This document shows positions 28,896 through 38,191 of a stretch of DNA of 64,000 nucleotides, one piece after another; the stretch's first letter is position 1, and every line of letters starts with the position of its first letter. The DNA is from Candidatus Nomurabacteria bacterium (GTDB taxonomy: Bacteria; Patescibacteriota; Saccharimonadia; Saccharimonadales; HK-STAS-PATE-42). Both the position numbers and the translations under genes were made by a program. Location of the stretch: assembly GCA_023898665.1 (NCBI GenBank), contig CP060233.1:612368-676367 (forward strand), written 5' to 3'. The notes under the pieces are model-generated. The model was not told the DNA's origin. It saw nothing but the letters and a program-made list of their open reading frames with translations, and made no database searches.

Positions 28896-29196
28896 ATGTT
28901 TGATGGTGGAGATGTCGCGTTTACTATAGGATATTTGAAAGAAAGACTTTCCAGATCAGTGGGAGCTGATTGCCCCAGATGCCATAACCTTTTTAGCTAG
29001 TGATCCGAACAGTCCTGAGGGTTTAGTCTATCACTTCGTCAGACTAGGTATGATGAACCCGGAAAGTATTAGCATTATGGAAAGATCACGTAACGGTCAG
29101 CAAGCGTTATATGCTTTCGATATAAATGCATGGAAAGACCATCCAGAATATCATTCTATTCGAGTTGAGCCAAAGCCAGGTTACCAACAAGCATGA
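28896..29196 (+). pseudogene. frameshifted ORF of unknown function
   Basis: ATG 28896 opens MFDGGDVAFTIGYLKERLSRS... and stops at 28998. The +1 frame then continues without a start codon as KKDFPDQWELIAPDAITFLASDPNSPEGLVYHFVRLGMMNPE...KPGYQQA to TGA 29194-29196. Joined, the two pieces give about 100 aa. Confidence 0.3.
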
Positions 29197-29248
29197 TTAT
29201 TAATATAATAAGTCATCAATAATTGCTCCTGAGTGGTAAAATTAAGGG

Positions 29249-29731
29249 GTGAGTAAAAAGAGCACTAAAACTAAAAAAAAGAATATAAATGGCTCGATTA
29301 AAAACCGTCGAGCTAGCTATGACTATTCTCTTGAAGAAGGTTTTAAATTTGGTATGGTCTTAAATGGCCGTCAAGTAAGAGCAATTAGAAATAACCACCT
29401 GAGCTTAACCGGCAGTTTTGTAAATATAAAAGATAGAGAGCTATGGTTAATTAATGCAAAGTTAACTTTGCCTAAAACATCATCTGATAAAAAAGAAAAT
29501 CTAACCAGTAATGAGCCAATTAAACTATTGGCCACTAAAAAAGATCTAAAAGAAATTCAATCTGCCAAAAACTCTGGTCGTACTGTCGTCCCGACGGAAG
29601 TCATTAATAACTCGAGATATATTAAGCTTAGAGCTTCAACTGGTAAGGGCAAAAAAGAGTACGATAAAAGACAAGCTAAAAAGAAGCGTGAATTTGATAT
29701 CCAAAGCAAACGAGACCTAACTGATTTCTAG
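29249..29731 (+). CDS. smpB: SsrA-binding protein SmpB
   Basis: 160 aa with a GTG start. NRRASYDYSLEEGFKFGMVLNGRQVRAIR matches the SmpB N-terminal motif, and the C-terminal tail is basic. Confidence 0.9.
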   Translation: MSKKSTKTKKKNINGSIKNRRASYDYSLEEGFKFGMVLNGRQVRAIRNNHLSLTGSFVNIKDRELWLINAKLTLPKTSSDKKENLTSNEPIKLLATKKDLKEIQSAKNSGRTVVPTEVINNSRYIKLRASTGKGKKEYDKRQAKKKREFDIQSKRDLTDF

Positions 29732-30657
29732 TATACAAAGTATAAATATATGGCAATACCCCAAACGCTTATGGCGGCGACTACCATTAAAATTACAAAA
29801 TAGAAACTAAATCCACGACTTATTTTAGTTTTAATTTTATTTTGCTTTTGATTTTTTTGCTTAAGCTTAGCTTCTGAGTTTGTCTTTTTTGTACTATATA
29901 TATAACTTTTGGGCAATTTTTGCCCATATATCTTGTGTACTTTACCAACCTCTTCGGTTAGTTCGTCTGCTTCTAAAAGTTTATCTTCCGGTCTATTTTG
30001 AGTGTTTAAAGCTTCGTCACTTATATAACCGTTATTTTGCTCAGCCATGGTAGGTTCTTGGTTAATGCTCATTACTGGAGATGGACCAGTGATGTCTTCT
30101 AAGCTTGTCGATATGTTTTGATTTTGATTTTGAACAGATTCTTTTTTTGAATATATACCCCCATCAGTATCAGTATCTTCCCTGGGTGATTCATCTTCAT
30201 TGATTGAGACTTGCTTTATTAAATAATCATCACTTAAGTCACCAATAGTTTTATCCAGATTATTACTCAAATTTTCTAGCCGTGGCTCGGGATGAATAAT
30301 AGGGGTTATATCATTATTTAATGGAGAAATATTGGTTGAATTTGATGAAAGAAAAGGAGTTGGTGATGGAGGCTTAAAGTCCATAACCCTACCAGAAGTC
30401 TGAAGATGAGCATGTGGATTATTAAGTTTAGGAGGAGCTGGAAATCTTCTAGCTGGATTTGATCTTATATTGTTACTTGCGACAATGATCCTTTTTGTAG
30501 CTATGTCGCCTTGCTCTTGTGCAACCTCAGCTCTTTTTGCTGTTTCTGATCTTTTTTGAGCCGCTACATGCAGCTTTTGAGTACGATCTTCACCTTGAGC
30601 CTTACTAACAAGCTCAGCCATAGCTTTTTCTATCTCTGCAAAATCGATTTCACTCAC
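29728..30657 (-). CDS. hypothetical tail-anchored protein
   Basis: 309 aa. The body is largely low-complexity or disordered, with a single C-terminal TM (FSFYFVILMVVAAISVWGIAIYLYF). Confidence 0.45.
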   Translation of the reverse strand: MSEIDFAEIEKAMAELVSKAQGEDRTQKLHVAAQKRSETAKRAEVAQEQGDIATKRIIVASNNIRSNPARRFPAPPKLNNPHAHLQTSGRVMDFKPPSPTPFLSSNSTNISPLNNDITPIIHPEPRLENLSNNLDKTIGDLSDDYLIKQVSINEDESPREDTDTDGGIYSKKESVQNQNQNISTSLEDITGPSPVMSINQEPTMAEQNNGYISDEALNTQNRPEDKLLEADELTEEVGKVHKIYGQKLPKSYIYSTKKTNSEAKLKQKNQKQNKIKTKISRGFSFYFVILMVVAAISVWGIAIYLYFVY

Positions 30658-30710
30658 TTTTTAGTCCCACCTGGAGTAATATAAGTTTTATTATCTAATA
30701 ATAGTATAGC

Positions 30711-32717
30711 TTAAGCACTAATATTATTGCCAATATCTTCCAAAGATTTAACATTTAAGCTTGCGGAACCGACCAATAGCCCGTTAAATCCTAATTTTAG
30801 AATCTGCCTTGCATTATCAGGAGTAACACTTCCACCATATAATATTTTGTTAACAGACCTTTGATCACTTAAAAAATCTTTGATTGACTTAAGTTGATTG
30901 AGTAAAAACTCACCTGAGGGCACCTTACCAGTTCCAATAGAAAAAACTGGTTCGTAAGCTACTATTATTAAGTCAGTTTGCTGCGAGTTAAGATTATCAA
31001 AAACACTTTTGAGTTGTTTATATACTTCGCGTTGATGGTTTAGTTCATCTTTGCTTTTGCCTCCAACACATAAAATTACCTTTAAATTATTATCTATGGC
31101 TTTTATTACTTTTTCAAAAACTATTTGATCATCTTCTTCGTGTTTGATTCTTCTCTCGCTGTGACCGATAATCGTACCTTCTGCTAGATTTTTTATTTGA
31201 GTAGCTGCGATTTCTCCTGTATCTGAGCCTTCGTCTTCGTGAGAAATATTTTGTGAGTAGAGGTCCGGTTTTCTCTTTAAATTAGAGCTTTCAATTATAT
31301 GTCTAAACTCCCCGAGAGAGATGTTAGAAGGAGCTACACAAAGCTTAATATTAGAATTAACTAAACTCTCTGATGTAATAAATTGCTGAAACCACTCTAC
31401 TGACTCCTCTAAACTAAAGTGTGATTTAAGGTTAGCAATTAAGGTGGGAGAATTACCCGACAACTTTACAATTCGATCGTTCTCATCAGTATTGTAAGTA
31501 TTTTCTTGTGAAAATTCATTATCAAACTGATCCGGTGAGGTTTCTAGTGCTTTTATACCAGGTAATTCTTCCCCACTTAGCATTAATAAACTTGCACCTC
31601 CCCCAGTAGATAAATGATCAATTAGCTCTAAGGCCTGTTGATTTAAGTTATCTTTAACGAAATCTACAGTATCCCCTCCACCAATGATTATTTTTAGATC
31701 TCTATTTTTTTTTGACTCTATTAAATAATCTAAGATACTTTTAGATCCTTTAGAAAATGGAGGTTTTTCGGCAAAGCCAAGAGTTCCTGCCCAAAGAATA
31801 ACCTCTGCATTATCAATTTCTTCTCTGTATTTATCAATTGTACTTTGTCCAATATCTAGAATCATCTGGTCAGGTTTTATATTTGTGTCATCAAATTCAT
31901 GAGCGAGTAGTTCATCAGGAGATTTTGCACAAATGTAATCCTCCGGTAGTAGTATCTTAGTTTCTGTATACTCTGATTTATTGGCAATCTGATTAGCTAA
32001 ACTTAAACAGTTATCATCAAATAAACTCGCGGCTATATTCTTTTCTAAAGCTTTTAAAAATGTATTTGCTACCACTCCTCCTGTAAGTACAGAATCTGCT
32101 GTGTTTAGAAAATTTGATATAACAGGCAGTTTGCTCTCGACTTTAGCTCCTCCAACTAACAGAACTAAATTAGTTTCTTCTATATTTTGGAGTGATGAAA
32201 TTTCTTTTTGGAGTAAGAATCCAGCTGCAGACGGAAGAACTTTGGGTAACTTTGTGATACTGGCGTGATCGCGGTGGATTGCACCAAAGGCATCTTGAAC
32301 AAAAAATTCAGCACCTGTTACTTTAACTAAGTTCATGGCGAACTCAAGGTCAGAAGCCTCTTCTTCTGGCCAGAATCTTAGGTTCTCAATCAAAAATATA
32401 CCTTTTTGTTTTTCTAATCCTTCATTTGTATCAAAGGGGTCTGAGATAAACTTAACTTTTTTGTTTAGTTGATCACTAAGTATACCTGTAAGATACTTAA
32501 GTGATAGCTTTTGGTTAACCTTACCTTCAGGGCTACCTAAATGAGATGTAATAAAAATAGTAGCTCCGGATTCTTTAAGATATTCAATTGTTGGAAGTGA
32601 TGATTCTAGGCGAAAAAAGTCAGTAAACTCACCTCTATTATTTTGTGGTAAATTTAAATCGCATCTTAGTATTATTCGACTTTTTGCTGTAATATCAACT
32701 TGCTGAACTAAATTCAT
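30711..32717 (-). CDS. pgk/tpiA: fused phosphoglycerate kinase / triosephosphate isomerase
   Basis: The N-terminal ~400 aa is PGK (RCDLNLP, IIGGGDTVDF, STGGGASL). The C-terminal ~250 aa is TIM (IIGHSERR, VAYEPVFSIGTG, LYGGSV). I place the start at ATG 32717 (MNLVQQVD), one base after the pyk stop codon, whereas the track start at 32756 overlaps pyk. Confidence 0.9.
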   Translation of the reverse strand: MNLVQQVDITAKSRIILRCDLNLPQNNRGEFTDFFRLESSLPTIEYLKESGATIFITSHLGSPEGKVNQKLSLKYLTGILSDQLNKKVKFISDPFDTNEGLEKQKGIFLIENLRFWPEEEASDLEFAMNLVKVTGAEFFVQDAFGAIHRDHASITKLPKVLPSAAGFLLQKEISSLQNIEETNLVLLVGGAKVESKLPVISNFLNTADSVLTGGVVANTFLKALEKNIAASLFDDNCLSLANQIANKSEYTETKILLPEDYICAKSPDELLAHEFDDTNIKPDQMILDIGQSTIDKYREEIDNAEVILWAGTLGFAEKPPFSKGSKSILDYLIESKKNRDLKIIIGGGDTVDFVKDNLNQQALELIDHLSTGGGASLLMLSGEELPGIKALETSPDQFDNEFSQENTYNTDENDRIVKLSGNSPTLIANLKSHFSLEESVEWFQQFITSESLVNSNIKLCVAPSNISLGEFRHIIESSNLKRKPDLYSQNISHEDEGSDTGEIAATQIKNLAEGTIIGHSERRIKHEEDDQIVFEKVIKAIDNNLKVILCVGGKSKDELNHQREVYKQLKSVFDNLNSQQTDLIIVAYEPVFSIGTGKVPSGEFLLNQLKSIKDFLSDQRSVNKILYGGSVTPDNARQILKLGFNGLLVGSASLNVKSLEDIGNNISA

Positions 32718-32718
32718 A

Positions 32719-34173
32719 TTAGATGACTCTAACTTTAATTGTGTCTGTGCCTCCAACTTTGCCAGGGTAATGCCCGCTTGCCGTTACAACTACATCTCCA
32801 GAGCTCAAAACTCCCCCTCTGTTCAACCAATTGGTTAATTTAGTTGAAGCAGATTTGTCTACTGGTCTGACAAAACTTTTTACACCGTAAACTATTGCCA
32901 GCTGTTGTGCGGTTGATGAGTTTTGAGTTACAGCAATAATGGTTCTTTCTGGTCTATGACTAGCTACATTAATTGCGCTTTTGCCTGTTGATGTTTCTAC
33001 TACAATAGCTACCGCTCCCACAATATTAGCAAGACCGATGACAGTTGACGCAATCGCTTCGGCAATAGTTTCTTGATGAGGTGCGCTTTTAAATACTGCT
33101 TTTACATTGTTATGTTTTTGAGTATGAAGGATAATCCTCTTCATCGTTGCAATTGACTCAAGTGGATATGAGCCTATTGCTGTCTCTTCAGAGAGCATCA
33201 CACAGTCTGTACCAATAACTACTGCAGTTGCTACGTCACTAACTTCTGCCCTTGTGGGTTCTGGTGAAGCCGTCATGCTTGCGAGCATCTGAGTAGCAAC
33301 AATAGAAAACTTATGATTCTGTATGCATAGCCCAATTATTCTTCTTTGAAGGACTGGTACGCTTTCTGGTCCAACCTCTGTCGCTAGGTCACCTCTTGCT
33401 ACCATCGCTCCATCGCATTCTATAATTATTTCTTCGAGATTCTCTACAGCTTTCTTTGTTTCTACTTTTGCAATAACTTTTGAATCTGAACCTAACTGTT
33501 TAAGAAGATTTTTAAAATACCTAACATCATCGGCTGTTTGGACAAAGCTTAACGCAACATAATCAAATCCTTTGTCAGCTCCAAACTTTACATCTTTGAT
33601 ATCTTTTTCGGTAATAATATGTCCCGTAAAATCTGTTTCTGGTAAGTTTAATCCTTTGCCCGATAAGACAACTCCACCATTAATTATTTTTACTTGAATA
33701 CTTTTCTTCTCTGGATCAACTGCAATTATTTCCCCTTTCATCCTTCCATCTGCTATATATACCGGTTGACCAGTTTGGGCAGTCTTAGAAAGATCAAACT
33801 CTACTGGTAAGACTTTACCTATTAGGCTTAATTCGGCATCAAATTTTAACTCCCAAATAGAGCCCTCATCGAGAGAAACTCCCTGTCCTTCGAACTGACT
33901 GAGTGCTATTTTAGGGCCGTGTAGATCTTGGACGATTGCAACTGGCTTACCTCTTTTTTTAGAAGCCTCTCTAATGAGCTTAATGGCTTTTAGTTTTTCT
34001 GAATGAGAACCATGACTAAAGTTAAGTCGAAAACCATCTGTACCTGATTCGATCATGCCCTTAATTTTTTCTTCTGATAGAGTAGCTGGACCAACTGTCG
34101 CTAGAATCTTTACTCGCTTGGTCTCCTCAAGTTTAAGGTTGGGCATTAATTTTGTAACGTTTAGACTTGGCAT
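32719..34173 (-). CDS. pyk: pyruvate kinase
   Basis: 484 aa. KILATVGP, RLNFSHG, AKVETK and MVARGDLATEVG motifs. Confidence 0.9.
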   Translation of the reverse strand: MPSLNVTKLMPNLKLEETKRVKILATVGPATLSEEKIKGMIESGTDGFRLNFSHGSHSEKLKAIKLIREASKKRGKPVAIVQDLHGPKIALSQFEGQGVSLDEGSIWELKFDAELSLIGKVLPVEFDLSKTAQTGQPVYIADGRMKGEIIAVDPEKKSIQVKIINGGVVLSGKGLNLPETDFTGHIITEKDIKDVKFGADKGFDYVALSFVQTADDVRYFKNLLKQLGSDSKVIAKVETKKAVENLEEIIIECDGAMVARGDLATEVGPESVPVLQRRIIGLCIQNHKFSIVATQMLASMTASPEPTRAEVSDVATAVVIGTDCVMLSEETAIGSYPLESIATMKRIILHTQKHNNVKAVFKSAPHQETIAEAIASTVIGLANIVGAVAIVVETSTGKSAINVASHRPERTIIAVTQNSSTAQQLAIVYGVKSFVRPVDKSASTKLTNWLNRGGVLSSGDVVVTASGHYPGKVGGTDTIKVRVI

Positions 34174-34281
34174 TTAAAAGTTTAAATAAGTTTAGTGCTT
34201 ATGTTTATATAGCTAATTCTAACACAAAAACTCCTACCACTAACTGTTAGTAGAGAATTATTTTTAGTAGAATTTAAAGAA

Positions 34282-35313
34282 ATGATTTTAGAAAATTTAA
34301 GATTAGTTAACTTCAGAAACTATCCTGATAAAGTTTTTAGACCTAATGATAGTTTAGAAATGATTATAGGACCAAATGGAATTGGTAAAACTAACATACT
34401 AGAGGCGATTCATCTAATCTGCGGGGGCTCTAGTTTTAGATTAAGAAGAGATCTTGAACTTATAAAGAAGGGTGCAAAGTGGGCAAGAATAGAAGCAAAT
34501 TTAGATCTAGATGGTAGAAAAGAAAAAAGAATATTAAAGCTAAGCTTAAATGATGAGGGTAGAATATCTAAGAAACTAGAGATTGATGATACTAACAGAA
34601 TCGCCAGCAAACATCTTTTACCCGTAGTAGTTTTTGAACCCGATCAAATGAGAATAGTAACCGAAGGTCCTGACTTAAGAAGAAGTTATCTAGATGAGCG
34701 AATTTCTTTTTTGGACTTTGAATACTCTAAGAATATTGCTGATTATAAACGAGTAATTTCTCAAAGAAATAAATTACTAAAACTCATTAAGAGGAACGAG
34801 GCAAAAAAAGAAGATCTATTTATTTGGCATGTTAAGCTAAGTGAGCTAGCTGCACCTATTGTACTGGCAAGAAGAAGGTATTTAAAAGAATTAAACGAAA
34901 AACTCCAGAATGATTACAGAAAGATTAGTAAGAAAAAGGATTTAGTATCCTTAGAGTATTTACCAAGTTTCGAAAAAGAAAGTTCTGCCAAATTGAGTAG
35001 TGAGCTCTTTAATAAGCTTGAGGCAGATATTGAAGTTGATATACATGCTGGCTTTACAAGAAGAGGACCTCATAGGGATGATTGGGAGATTAAGCTTAAT
35101 GGTCAGAGTGCGAGTACTGGAGCTAGTCGGGGAGAAATAAGAACTATAGTCCTCAGCCTAAAATTATATGAGTTTGAACATCTAAGAGATAGTTTTGGGA
35201 TAACTCCTTTGATATTACTTGATGATGTAATGAGCGAGCTCGACTCTACAAGAAGGCAGGAGTTATTAGCATTCTTTAAAGATGCTCAGGTTATTATGAG
35301 CGGCGTGGAGTGA
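34282..35313 (+). CDS. recF: DNA replication/repair protein RecF
   Basis: 343 aa. MILENLRLVNFRNY, Walker A GPNGIGKTNILEAI, and Walker B region LILLDDVMSELD. Confidence 0.85.
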   Translation: MILENLRLVNFRNYPDKVFRPNDSLEMIIGPNGIGKTNILEAIHLICGGSSFRLRRDLELIKKGAKWARIEANLDLDGRKEKRILKLSLNDEGRISKKLEIDDTNRIASKHLLPVVVFEPDQMRIVTEGPDLRRSYLDERISFLDFEYSKNIADYKRVISQRNKLLKLIKRNEAKKEDLFIWHVKLSELAAPIVLARRRYLKELNEKLQNDYRKISKKKDLVSLEYLPSFEKESSAKLSSELFNKLEADIEVDIHAGFTRRGPHRDDWEIKLNGQSASTGASRGEIRTIVLSLKLYEFEHLRDSFGITPLILLDDVMSELDSTRRQELLAFFKDAQVIMSGVE

Positions 35314-35339
35314 TAAGAAAAATTCTATTTGAATTAATA

Positions 35340-36083
35340 TTAATCGGAATAAGGATAAACACCTCCATCACCATCAAGTTGGTCTTCTTGACTGGAAATA
35401 TACCTACTTCTTTGGAGCTCATTAGGATAAGACAAAACAACTTCATCAAGATTTATTCCTGCTTTAGTTATCTTTTCTTTTACTTCTGCATTATATTTAT
35501 CGAGCTTTTTTAAATAATCTGGCAACTCTTCATCAATTTTTTTTATATCAAGAAGATTGATGGATATTATTAGCGTATCCCCCAACTCATAACTAATTTT
35601 GTAGTGCTCATTATTCTCTGAAGCAAGTTTGACTAAACCTGGATACTTTTTTTGTATAAAATCACTCTCATCAATATTTGCATCTGAAGAGTTATTATTT
35701 GGTTCATCCAAAACGGTAAAGTTAAATACAAAATTATTTATTTCTTTTTCTCCAAATTTTAGATTAGGTATTAAAATATTATATTTTGCAGATTTATTAA
35801 AGTATTCAAGTGGTACAATTATTATTTGTTTTTCGTCTACTAGCACATCTATATTTACCAAGGGTTCAATTTTAATTTCTTTGATAACTTCATCTTTGTT
35901 TGTAATAACTTTATTAAAGTTAAGTCTAATGGCCGAGAACTCAGCTATATCTCCATCATTTGGGGTCGATCCTGTAAGTCTAGGTTTCGATGACATATTA
36001 ATGTAGAAAATGACTAATACTAGTGTGAGTAATAGACCCATTGATATGTATATCTTTTTGTAAGTACTATTAAGCTTGATCAT
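35340..36083 (-). CDS. hypothetical N-terminally anchored protein, last gene of the VirB4 cluster
   Basis: 247 aa. One TM (IYISMGLLLTLVLVIFYI) followed by a segment that looks like an Ig-like fold (TGSTPNDGDIAEFSAIRLNFNKVI). Confidence 0.45.
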   Translation of the reverse strand: MIKLNSTYKKIYISMGLLLTLVLVIFYINMSSKPRLTGSTPNDGDIAEFSAIRLNFNKVITNKDEVIKEIKIEPLVNIDVLVDEKQIIIVPLEYFNKSAKYNILIPNLKFGEKEINNFVFNFTVLDEPNNNSSDANIDESDFIQKKYPGLVKLASENNEHYKISYELGDTLIISINLLDIKKIDEELPDYLKKLDKYNAEVKEKITKAGINLDEVVLSYPNELQRSRYISSQEDQLDGDGGVYPYSD

Positions 36084-36106
36084 GTATATATATTATCATT
36101 TATTAA

Positions 36107-38191
36107 TTAGTCTTCAGTTACTCCACTATCTTGTTCTGTAGGAGCATCTGTTAAAGGGTTAAAATCGTTTTCTGGCTGTACAGTTGATGCGTCTACATAT
36201 CTACCAAAACCGACTAAACTTGGTATGGCCCTGTAGTCTTGATATGTTCTTTTGCTAACTGAGTTACTTGAGTTACCTTCAACAGTAGATATCTGGTATC
36301 CGTTTACAGCAACAACAATACCTATATGGCCAATGCCTCCGTCCAGTTGCGCACCAGAACTGCCTCTGCCTTTAACGAATATGTCCCCAGGCTGAGGCCT
36401 AAATTGCTCTTTCCACGAAAAAAAGAATTTATTATCTTCGAACCACTGACCTACTCCTTTGGCTAGGGCGCCCCCACCAATAGGCTGCCCAGCCTCTTTA
36501 AATACCCAGTTTACAAAAACTGCGCACCAAGGAATGCCACAAGATTGATTTGTTTCGCTAAAATATTTTTCGATTTCATCACCACAATTTGATGATCCTT
36601 CTTCTTTTCTACCTACTTCTGCCTCAGCGATCTGAACCACTGTGCCTCCGGATCCAGATGAATTGCAATCACCTAATCCACCACTCGATGAATAGTCTGC
36701 ATAACTCTCAATATTTTCATCCCCGGCATAACCAGCAAGCTTATTAATCATGTTTTTTACGTCACTGAAATATTGCTCTGTATTATTTTCTACAGGCGGA
36801 GCATAAGCATATATGTAGTCTCTGAGGTTTCCAGGCCAACTACCATTATCAATTTTTCGCCGAGTATAAACAAACCAACTGTCTTCTCCTGAGAGGCTAT
36901 CTTGCCATGACGACCAAGCGTAAACTAGCCTCCCTCCTGAAGAGAGGACATGCGGTTGTTGTGAAGTTGCCGTTCTTCCAAAGGCATTGTTACTACCAGG
37001 TATTAAGTGCCAAGCTTTTGGATTATCATTGTTCATTGCAAAGTTATTCTCTACGCTTAAGTGTGCTATAGCTAAAAATGGATTTATATTTGAAGCCTTA
37101 CCTCCTTCAATAAAAGAGGACCCAAGCCCGCTAAAAGGTGAGGTGGAGTTTTTTTCTTTTTCTTTCTCAGATATTAATTTATTAATGGCACCCGAGAGCT
37201 GCTCATTTGAGAAATTATTTAAAGCAGTAGGATAGACAATCTCGTAATATGGATTTGATTGCCCAGGAGCTGGAGTGGTTGTATTATTCGAGTCGTTATT
37301 ATTGATGTTATTCTGAGCATCGGTTGGATTGCTCTGTGTATTTATAGGTATAGATGCGAGTGTTGCGTTAACTATTGAGTTTGCATAGTCATCTTCTGAT
37401 ATATTATTCTGTCCTGCTTCTAAATATACCCATGGTACTTTTGAGAGTAATTGGACATTCGATATATTACCACCCGATTTACCTTCATCTGTCCTGCTAT
37501 TAAAATCGTTATCCTTTACTACAACTTTGTTATTTTCAGTTTTGTTTCTTTCATTCTTAAATACTTCTGAGTAAAGCTGGCTTTTTAAGGCAATATCATT
37601 CAAAGAAAAGGCTACTTTTTCTCCGTTTGGCTTTTCTCTGTAAAGTCCGACTCGTTGAGGGTATATCTCTCCAACTTCGCCCCAATTTGTATCAGTGCCC
37701 ATTGTATGTATGCTCACTGCTAAATCCGCGCTGGCATCATTCGCAATTTTTGCACGATCCTGATGGCTTACTGTATCTGTCTCGGTTTGTTTTGTAAGCA
37801 GCACTGAATATCCTTTTTGTTCTAAAAGAGATTTTGCTTTTGTCGCTACTCTAAATACAATTGCTCTTTCCCCTCCATTGGCTCCAGTATTGTTTGTTGT
37901 TGTAGTAGTAAGAAGGCCGCTGGCGGGATCGATTGACTCACCATTAGTCCCATCATGGCCGGGGTCAAGTACAACTGTTTTGTCCCCTGAATCTATTTGA
38001 TTGCCGTTATTATTAGATACGCAAATACTCTCACCGTCTGCATTTGTCCATTCCGAGCTCCTAAGTATGTCATTTTTTTCGTTTTTTGTAGCTGCATACA
38101 CTGACATCTCAGGTAGTATGGCTACTACTAGCAGTGCGAATAATAGCGGGAACTTAAGTATTTTTTTTATCATCATAGTGCTATCTTCCAT
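36107..38191 (-). CDS. secreted three-domain peptidoglycan hydrolase (Amidase_3 + glucosaminidase-like + CHAP)
   Basis: 694 aa with a signal peptide. Amidase_3 pattern: VVLDPGHDG ... ASADLAVSIH. Central FLAIAHLSVENNF ... SNNAFGR resembles GH73/FlgJ-type glucosaminidase. C-terminal CHAP: IPWCAVFVNWVF ... GDIFV ... GHIGIVVAVNG ... VEGNS. Confidence 0.8.
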   Translation of the reverse strand: MEDSTMMIKKILKFPLLFALLVVAILPEMSVYAATKNEKNDILRSSEWTNADGESICVSNNNGNQIDSGDKTVVLDPGHDGTNGESIDPASGLLTTTTTNNTGANGGERAIVFRVATKAKSLLEQKGYSVLLTKQTETDTVSHQDRAKIANDASADLAVSIHTMGTDTNWGEVGEIYPQRVGLYREKPNGEKVAFSLNDIALKSQLYSEVFKNERNKTENNKVVVKDNDFNSRTDEGKSGGNISNVQLLSKVPWVYLEAGQNNISEDDYANSIVNATLASIPINTQSNPTDAQNNINNNDSNNTTTPAPGQSNPYYEIVYPTALNNFSNEQLSGAINKLISEKEKEKNSTSPFSGLGSSFIEGGKASNINPFLAIAHLSVENNFAMNNDNPKAWHLIPGSNNAFGRTATSQQPHVLSSGGRLVYAWSSWQDSLSGEDSWFVYTRRKIDNGSWPGNLRDYIYAYAPPVENNTEQYFSDVKNMINKLAGYAGDENIESYADYSSSGGLGDCNSSGSGGTVVQIAEAEVGRKEEGSSNCGDEIEKYFSETNQSCGIPWCAVFVNWVFKEAGQPIGGGALAKGVGQWFEDNKFFFSWKEQFRPQPGDIFVKGRGSSGAQLDGGIGHIGIVVAVNGYQISTVEGNSSNSVSKRTYQDYRAIPSLVGFGRYVDASTVQPENDFNPLTDAPTEQDSGVTED

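Noticed and set aside
28864-29248. tmRNA (ssrA) next to smpB
   Set aside because: TGGTGGAG at about 28905 is the reverse complement of the CUCCACCA end typical of tmRNA. The adjacent sequence cannot form a T arm (no GGxxx-TTCRAxx-xxxCC), and I found no matching GGGG... 5' end. A covariance-model scan would be needed to exclude it fully.
35310-35513. 67-aa + strand ORF overlapping the end of recF
   Set aside because: It lies antisense to the 3' end of the 35340..36083 gene, has an Ile/Phe-rich composition typical of AT-rich shadow frames, and has no independent support.
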